Of a DNA stretch of 35,548 nucleotides, positions 29,198-35,548 are shown one piece after another; the first letter of the stretch is position 1; each line of letters begins with the position of its first letter. The position numbers were made by a program, and so were the translations under genes. A model generated the notes under the pieces. The model saw only the letters and a list, made by a program, of their open reading frames with translations, did no database searches and had not been told where the DNA came from. The DNA is from an uncultured Verrucomicrobiales bacterium (GTDB lineage: Bacteria; Verrucomicrobiota; Verrucomicrobiia; Verrucomicrobiales; DEV007), in assembly GCA_938091905.1 (NCBI GenBank), contig CALKOM010000140.1, positions 1 through 35,548 on the forward strand, given 5' to 3'.

Positions 29198-29998
29198 ATG
29201 GGCAAGTATTTCAGGATGGAGCAGAAATTTGGATACCTGGGAATCTCAGGGTTGGTCCGAATTCTAGCATTCTTCAAAGTGATCACTTGGCTGATTTTCT
29301 TGGCTGAGCCTGGGTTTGGGAGCAAGCTGATGCTCGATTTCCAATATGTTTTTCAAGGAGAAGTCTGGCGTCTAGTCAGTTTCATGCTTATTCCTGGAGC
29401 CGTTAATCCCTTTATACTTTTGATTGAGGTCATGTTCCTTCTCATGATCGGAGAGGGACTAGAACAAGCGTGGGGAGCATTCGGGGTGACTGCTTACATC
29501 GTCGGAAGTGCGCTTTGTGGTATCCTCGTCGCCTTTGTGATGTCGGCATTCTTTAAGTATCCTTTCCTGTTGAACACCGCAATTTACAGTTCCCTCCTGA
29601 TGGCGGCAAGTTGTCTGTATCCTGACATGATCATTCAGCTCATGCTGGTGATTCCGGTAAAGTTGAAGTACGTCGGAATGCTTGCGGCGGGTTGGGTGTT
29701 GTACGACGTCTTTAGAATGTCGGAGACCTTGGGGGCGTTTCTTGCGTTGGGACTACCGATGCTGGCATGTCTCATTCCCTTTGTGCTCGTGTTTGTGCCA
29801 AGATTGATCAGAGGGGCGAAGCAACGCGGCGAAGTTGCTGCTCGAAGGGGGCGCTTTGAACGAGCCAAGCTTCCTGAAACCGAGGCGTTTCACAAGTGTG
29901 ATCGCTGTGGGGCTACCGAGGTCTCGGAACCCGATCGAGAGTTTCGTATCAATGACAGCGGCGAAGAAATTTGCACTGCTTGCCGGGACGCTGGCTGA
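29198..29998 (+). CDS. Rhomboid-like membrane protein with a C-terminal Cys4 zinc ribbon
   Basis: GEVWRLVSF (WR motif), GEGLEQAWG, several TM helices, IPVKLKY, HKCDRCG...EICTAC. No GxSG motif visible. Confidence 0.7.
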   Translation: MGKYFRMEQKFGYLGISGLVRILAFFKVITWLIFLAEPGFGSKLMLDFQYVFQGEVWRLVSFMLIPGAVNPFILLIEVMFLLMIGEGLEQAWGAFGVTAYIVGSALCGILVAFVMSAFFKYPFLLNTAIYSSLLMAASCLYPDMIIQLMLVIPVKLKYVGMLAAGWVLYDVFRMSETLGAFLALGLPMLACLIPFVLVFVPRLIRGAKQRGEVAARRGRFERAKLPETEAFHKCDRCGATEVSEPDREFRINDSGEEICTACRDAG

Positions 29999-30054
29999 CG
30001 GCTGTTGGCATGGGTTGCACGTTTCCTCGCCCTACGCGATGTTACTCTGTCCCC

Positions 30055-33000
30055 ATGCGTTTATTTGTCCTCTCTGTCTGTCTCGCGTTGGTCGCTTTGT
30101 GCTTTACCGCCACTGCGAACCCTGTGATCAACGAATTCCTCGCCAGTAATAGCGGTGGTCTAGAGGATGAGGACGGGAACACGCCTGACTGGATCGAACT
30201 CTACAATCCTACAGAAGAGCCAATCGATCTCGTCGGCTATACCTTGACCGATGATGGTGAGATGCCAGCTAGCTGGACGTTTCCCAGTCGTGTGATGATA
30301 CCGGGTTCCTTTCTGATTGTCTTTGCCTCAGCGAAAGATCGCCTAGGTGCAGAACTGCACACGAACTTTCGGCTTGGTGAAACAGAATACCTAGCTCTAG
30401 CAGATCCTTCTGGAACGGTGGTTTCTGAGTTTGCGCCGACGTATCCGGAGCAGTTCGAGAATGTCGCCTATGGTGTGGCGCAAAGTGGGAATCGTTCGAC
30501 GACTAGTCTGATTGCTAGAGAGGCGGCTGGGCGTGTGCTTGTTCCAACTCAGGATATCGGGACATCGTGGCGAGATGTGGATTTCGACGATACGTCATGG
30601 GCCTCAGCGACCACAGGAATTGGCTATGAAACTGGAAATGGTTATCAGGCACTCTTCGGAACGAACGCGGATCTGGAATCTGAGATGTTTGCTAGGTCGA
30701 CGTCAGTTTATCTGCGGATTCCATTTCAGATCAATGAAATTTCGTCTGTGTCAGAGCTAGTGCTTCGCATGAATTATGATGACGGCTTTGTGGCATGGAT
30801 TAATGGTGTTCAGGTCGCTGCGGAGAATGCTCCTGCGGCTCTTACGTGGACGTCTGAAGCGACGGAGAATCACGAAGACGAAAGTGCCTTGGTTTTTCAG
30901 AATTTCGATGCCTCCGAGGCCGTGCCGAGATTGAAAGAGGGAACCAATCTACTGACGATTCAGGGACTCAACGTGGGTAATGATAGTTCTGATATGCTCA
31001 TTTTACCTGAGCTCGATGCTGTCGAGGTATCTGAGGTCCAATCAGGTGAGGTTGGTTATCTGGAGCGGGCGACTCCAGGAGCTTTGAATGGTGCTAGTTT
31101 CGAGGGGTTTGTAAGTGATACGAAATTCAGCGTGGATCGGGGATTCTATGATAGTCCGATTGAGGTGGCGATTACGACAGCGACTGAAGGGGCCGAGATT
31201 CGATACACGACCAATGGGAATGCTCCTACGGCCACTTCAGGTCTTGTATATTCCGAGCCAATACAGATAGCTCGCACGACGACGCTGCGAGCGGCTGCAT
31301 TCAAGCAAGGTCTCGTAGCCACAAATGTCGATACGGTTAGCTATTTCTTCTTGGCTGATGTCATTCTCCAGGATTCACCGCCGGTTGGGTGGCCGCGAGG
31401 ATCTCTGAATGGCCAAGTCCTCGACTATGGCATGGATCCAGATGTGGTGAATGAGGTTCATTCTGATGATGAGATCGTGTCGGCTTTGAAGGCGGTGCCG
31501 ACGCTTTCCATCACGACGCCGATTGATAATCTCTTTGGCGCTGCGCGAGGCATCTATGTGCATTCGAGCAGCGATGGGCGGGCCTGGGAGCGCCCGGCAT
31601 CCTTGGAGCTTTTGAATCCGAGCGGTAGCAAGGGGTTCCAGATTGATGCGGGCTTACGTATTCGTGGTGGTTTTAGTCGTAGTTCTAACAATCCAAAACA
31701 TTCATTCCGGCTCTTCTTTCGGCGGGACTATGGAGAGGGGAAACTGCGCTACCCGATGTTCGGCGATGAGGGGGCGGATGCGTTTGATAATCTGGACCTT
31801 CGGACGAGCCAGAACTACTCGTGGGCTTTTGGTGGTGATGGGCGAAATACCATGTTGCGAGACGTCTTTACACGTGATCTGCAGGGGCGCATGGGGCGCC
31901 CTTATACGCGGAGTCGCTATTATCATCTCTATCTTAATGGGCAGTATTGGGGGCTCTATCAAACGCAGGAGCGAGCAGAAGCCTCTTATGCCGAGACCTA
32001 TCTTAAAGGAAAGAAAGAGGATTTTGATGTGATTAAGTCGTTTGGTTCAGTGACGGATGGAACTCGCGATGCTCATAGTCGGCTTTGGCGAGAGGCCACG
32101 GCCGGCTTCGCCTCGGATACTCGCTATTGGAATGTTCAAGGGTTGAATCCTGACGGAACGCCGAATCCTAGTGCAGAACGATTGCTCGATGTTGATAATC
32201 TTATCGATTACATGATCCTGACGTTTTACTCGGGTGATCGCGATGGTCCAGGTTCGCGTTTTACGCAGCCTAATCCGAACAATTTCTACACCATCTATAA
32301 CCGAACTAATCCTGATGGCTTCAAATACTTTGAGCATGACTCAGAGCATTCGCTAGGAACAGGAGAGAACGACATGACCTTTCCATTTACGACTGGTAGT
32401 CAACAATCTCAGTTCAATCCGCATTGGTTGCACGAGCGTTTGGTGGGTAATGCTAACTACCGGCGGCGGTTTGCTGAGCTTGTTCAGAAGCACCTGTTCA
32501 ATGGCGGTTTGCTCACACCTGAGAATGCAGTCGCTGGTGTCGAGCGTCGAGCGGCTCAGATTGATCAGGCGATTATCGCGGAGAGCGCGAGGTGGGGAGA
32601 TGCTCAGAGGGCGAACGATCCATACACACGAGATGATTGGTTGGCTGCAGTGGACGATCTCAAACGTTGGATCTTAGTCCGACGAGAAACCGTGATCGAA
32701 CAGCTTCAAGCGCGCGGCTGGATTCCAGACACTCGGCCGCCGGCCTTCAGTGTGGCACCAGGAGCTGTGGAGATCGGAACGGAGCTACTGTTCTTGGGAG
32801 AAGGTGGTGAAGTGTTCTACACACTTGATGGGACCGATCCACAGGACAGCCCTCAAGCATTAAGTGCGTCTCCGGCGGGAGAAGTGACGACTGTCCTGCT
32901 TGCCGAGAATGATCCTGCCCGTGCTCTTGTGCCGACGAATGCTAGTTTCGGCTCAAGCTGGCGTGCTCTCGACTTCGATGATGGTGCCTGGATTGGCGGA

Positions 33001-34401
33001 CGTACGGGTGTTGGCTATGACAACAATACCGGTTACCGCGACGTCATTGATCTTGATGTTGATGCGAGCATGAATGGTGAGAATACAAGCGTGTTTGTGC
33101 GAGTGTTGTTTGATGTTCCAGATCCTAGCGTCTATACCAATCTCCGATTGCGTATTCAGTATGATGACGGCTTTGCCGCCTTCCTCAACGGCGTGCGTGT
33201 CGCTTCTGCAAATAGCCCGAGCACGCTTGTGTGGAATAGTTCGGCGACTGCAGGTCATTCCGATTCAGAGGCGCTTGAGTTCGTTCCCTTCGACATGACG
33301 AGTCACTTGGGGGAGCTCAGGGCCGGAAGTAATGTGCTCGCCATTCACGGGTTGAATGATAGTCTTGGGAGTTCGGACATGCTGATCACGCCACGTGTTG
33401 AGGGTGGGCGCACGCTAGGGGGTACGGCTGTTGTGCTTCCTGCCGGCCGAACAGTGGTTAAGGCGCGAATTCGCGATGGAAACGAATGGTCGGCCCTGAG
33501 TGAAGGTAGCTTTCTCGTCGGAGGCGTCTTGGCCGATTCCAGCAATGTGGTTCTGTCGGAGATCATGTACCATCCCGCTAATCCTACAGCGGAGGAGGTG
33601 GCAGCAGGTTTTACTACAGGCGACTTTGAGTATCTTGAGCTACTCAATCTTGAAGGAGTTCCCGTCGACCTAACCGCTCTCTTCTTCCTTCGTGGCGTGA
33701 ACTTTACGTTTGCTGATGGCTCGCTTCTTCAGCCTCATGCGCGTGGCCTTATCGTTAGCAATCCTGAAGCCTTTGCGCTACGCTATGGAGGTGGCCTGCC
33801 GGTCCTGGGTGTCTTTGATGGATCGCTCGATGATAGCGGCGAGCGGCTTGCGTTAGTCAGGTCCTGGGATGATGGAATTCAGGATTTGCGCTACAATGAT
33901 CGGGGAGATTGGCCAGAAGCGGCTGACGGTTCAGGGCGAAGTTTGGTCCTGATTGAGCCTGATACCAATCCGGACCCGAATCTTGCCGAGAGCTGGTTGC
34001 CAAGTGGCGCAAGCCAGGGTGCTCCTGGTCTGGCTGATCCCGGAACCGTGATAGTGAGTGCTTACCAAGCCTGGAAAGATCGCTGGGAGGTTGACGATGA
34101 TCTTGCTGATCCCGATAGAGATGGATTGGTCAACCTGTTGGAGTACGCTTTGAGACGTTTGCCGCTTCAGCCAGACTCGAAAGGTGCAGTCGGTGTTACT
34201 AGGAGTCCGATTGAGTTAGAACATGCTATTAATCCAGGCGCGGACGATGTGGAGATTGTCATCGAGATCTCGGAAGATCTTAAGCTCTGGACGACCTTGG
34301 ATTTCGCTCCAGAAGTCGATGATACTGAATTGAAATGGCGTTATCGCTTGCCTGAGGACGAGATGGGTTACGTTCGCTTGAAGGTGAACCTGATAGAATG
34401 A
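30055..34401 (+). CDS. Secreted CotH-kinase-family protein with lamin-tail (LTD), chitobiase/Fn3-associated and duplicated beta-sandwich modules
   Basis: Signal peptide from ATG 30055. LTD domains (VINEFLASN..DWIELYN; LSEIMYHP..EYLEL), IRYTTNG, CotH-like motifs RIRGG.SR..PKHSFRL, LYLNGQYWGLY..ER, DVDNLIDY, NFY, HDSE, and two YDDGF.A.ING modules. Confidence 0.88.
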   Translation: MRLFVLSVCLALVALCFTATANPVINEFLASNSGGLEDEDGNTPDWIELYNPTEEPIDLVGYTLTDDGEMPASWTFPSRVMIPGSFLIVFASAKDRLGAELHTNFRLGETEYLALADPSGTVVSEFAPTYPEQFENVAYGVAQSGNRSTTSLIAREAAGRVLVPTQDIGTSWRDVDFDDTSWASATTGIGYETGNGYQALFGTNADLESEMFARSTSVYLRIPFQINEISSVSELVLRMNYDDGFVAWINGVQVAAENAPAALTWTSEATENHEDESALVFQNFDASEAVPRLKEGTNLLTIQGLNVGNDSSDMLILPELDAVEVSEVQSGEVGYLERATPGALNGASFEGFVSDTKFSVDRGFYDSPIEVAITTATEGAEIRYTTNGNAPTATSGLVYSEPIQIARTTTLRAAAFKQGLVATNVDTVSYFFLADVILQDSPPVGWPRGSLNGQVLDYGMDPDVVNEVHSDDEIVSALKAVPTLSITTPIDNLFGAARGIYVHSSSDGRAWERPASLELLNPSGSKGFQIDAGLRIRGGFSRSSNNPKHSFRLFFRRDYGEGKLRYPMFGDEGADAFDNLDLRTSQNYSWAFGGDGRNTMLRDVFTRDLQGRMGRPYTRSRYYHLYLNGQYWGLYQTQERAEASYAETYLKGKKEDFDVIKSFGSVTDGTRDAHSRLWREATAGFASDTRYWNVQGLNPDGTPNPSAERLLDVDNLIDYMILTFYSGDRDGPGSRFTQPNPNNFYTIYNRTNPDGFKYFEHDSEHSLGTGENDMTFPFTTGSQQSQFNPHWLHERLVGNANYRRRFAELVQKHLFNGGLLTPENAVAGVERRAAQIDQAIIAESARWGDAQRANDPYTRDDWLAAVDDLKRWILVRRETVIEQLQARGWIPDTRPPAFSVAPGAVEIGTELLFLGEGGEVFYTLDGTDPQDSPQALSASPAGEVTTVLLAENDPARALVPTNASFGSSWRALDFDDGAWIGGRTGVGYDNNTGYRDVIDLDVDASMNGENTSVFVRVLFDVPDPSVYTNLRLRIQYDDGFAAFLNGVRVASANSPSTLVWNSSATAGHSDSEALEFVPFDMTSHLGELRAGSNVLAIHGLNDSLGSSDMLITPRVEGGRTLGGTAVVLPAGRTVVKARIRDGNEWSALSEGSFLVGGVLADSSNVVLSEIMYHPANPTAEEVAAGFTTGDFEYLELLNLEGVPVDLTALFFLRGVNFTFADGSLLQPHARGLIVSNPEAFALRYGGGLPVLGVFDGSLDDSGERLALVRSWDDGIQDLRYNDRGDWPEAADGSGRSLVLIEPDTNPDPNLAESWLPSGASQGAPGLADPGTVIVSAYQAWKDRWEVDDDLADPDRDGLVNLLEYALRRLPLQPDSKGAVGVTRSPIELEHAINPGADDVEIVIEISEDLKLWTTLDFAPEVDDTELKWRYRLPEDEMGYVRLKVNLIE

Positions 34402-34415
34402 TCGTGAGCGAGTAG

Positions 34416-34450
34416 AAAGTGGGACTCCCATTGACCGAGAGCCTCACTTT
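34416..34450. terminator. Possible hairpin between convergent genes
   Basis: AAAGTGGG (34416-34423) versus CTCACTTT (34443-34450), with a long loop. Confidence 0.25.
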
Positions 34451-34470
34451 TGACGTTTTACTTCATTTAG

Positions 34471-35412
34471 TTATGGAGTGGGAACGCGGAAGACGTCGTC
34501 TTGAAGTTCGTTGCCGATGCTTGTGTTGCGGCGGATAATTGTTGCTAATGTTTGTGCTTCGACCAGGCGTTGCAGGGACGGTGGAAGGTAGTCTTCATAC
34601 CAGAAACGATCGCCATCGCGCAGACGACGGAATTGGTCTGCGAGGATCGCTCGGTATGTCGGACCGACGAGGGCTCCGGGAACATGGCGCTCTGCAAGGC
34701 CACCGATCCAGAGATCGATGTCATTGACAGAACCGTAGACCTCCTGGAGATTTGCCTGCACGGTGCGATCCGGATTGACGTCGGCGAAGTTGCGTGCCGG
34801 GGGGAGGCCATAGGCTTGGCGTGTGTCGTTGTAGCTCGCGAGTCCGTGATCGCGCCCGCGTTGAATGTTGAGCGATGCAAGATCGAACCCACTCGCACCG
34901 GGAGCGCCGAAGAGGAAGTTTCTCACATCGTCTATAACAAGGTTGTCGATATTCTGACAGACCTGCTGTGAGAGACCCCTAAGGATTTCGTCGATTCCTC
35001 CTTGATCTGTTAGGATACTGGGATCGAAAAATGCGTCGGCGAGTGATAGGTGCCCGTGAGCACTCTCAGCGCCTGCTCGGTTTACTCGGAGGAGTGTGGT
35101 GGAGAGCATACTATGCCCTAGTCGGAAGGCAGCCGTTGAGAAGCAGTTGGCGATTCCTGGATTGACTTGACGATTGTACCCACGGTAAGGAGGAAGGGCA
35201 TCGTTTCCTAGCAGAAGTGGTAGGAACTCATTGTAAGTGATGGCCTGCATCTCACCGGTGACGATAACTTTCGCCATCTGATAAAAATCTTCGCCAGTCA
35301 GTTCACTGTCTGCCATGGCCAGCTGCTGAGCCCAGTGATTGTGCTCGCGTACAAATAGGGTGTGGACCGACGCTAGCGCGGCTTGTTCGTTTGCGCGGAT
35401 GTCTCCCGCTAG
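34471..35412 (-). pseudogene. Animal-type heme peroxidase (peroxidase-cyclooxygenase superfamily), C-terminal half, IS-interrupted
   Basis: AGDIRANEQ..L..HTLFVREHN, AAFRLGHS (proximal His), DLASLNIQRGRDHGL, IDLWIGGLAE, QFRRLRDGDRFWYE. The N-terminal half is replaced by IS sequence at the CTAG at 35409-35412. Confidence 0.9.
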
Positions 35413-35548
35413 GAGTCTGTCGGACTTTACCAAGTTGCGGTTGATGCTAGAATTTAAGCTATGAGCGCCCGCTTCGTAGATGTCGACCGTAACACCCCAA
35501 TGCTACTACCCGTGGACATGCGAGATTGGGTGCCTGAAGACGATCTCG
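35413..35548 (+). mobile_element. Left end of an IS1182-family insertion sequence
   Basis: CTAG followed by GAGTCTGTCGGACTT, a terminal-inverted-repeat-like sequence whose reverse complement reads SPTDS*, an ending I recognise in this family's transposases. A transposase ORF follows. Confidence 0.8.
35461..35548 (+). CDS. IS1182-family transposase, N-terminus (runs off the window)
   Basis: MSARFVDVDRNTPMLLPVDMRDWVPEDDL matches the DR...LLP..L.DW.P.D.L N-terminal pattern of IS1182 transposases. Too short for the ORF track. Confidence 0.82.
   Translation, partial: MSARFVDVDRNTPMLLPVDMRDWVPEDDL

Overview
Bacterial chromosomal segment, most likely Verrucomicrobiota (PVC superphylum). This is inferred from the DUF1549/1553-DUF1501-PPC cluster, the lpxI-based lipid A operon and the CotH/LTD protein with a verrucomicrobial-type C-terminal domain. 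The housekeeping genes are intact: obgE, truA, lpxB, a gnnA-like oxidoreductase, lpxI, trpD, rplM-rpsI and gcvT-gcvH. In contrast, ~11 kb (7879-18797) holds five consecutive minus-strand genes for exported proteins, all broken: a hypothetical protein, an Amidase_3, a thioester alpha-2-macroglobulin, a LamG-like remnant and a TPR/FG-GAP/ASPIC-UnbV protein. The lesions are nonsense codons, a +1 insertion, an apparent deletion and 22-25 bp tandem duplications, and the ORF track hides them by splitting the genes. At the right edge an IS1182-family element has inserted at a CTAG inside an animal-type heme peroxidase gene, and a zinc-ribbon gene is frameshifted at a G8 tract. Other notable items are an orphan fused AhbA/B (NirDL)-like gene upstream of obgE, two intergenic inverted repeats built from short tandem units, and several candidate leaderless promoters. 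No rRNA, tRNA or CRISPR array was seen. Family calls are from motif recognition only; no database search was run.
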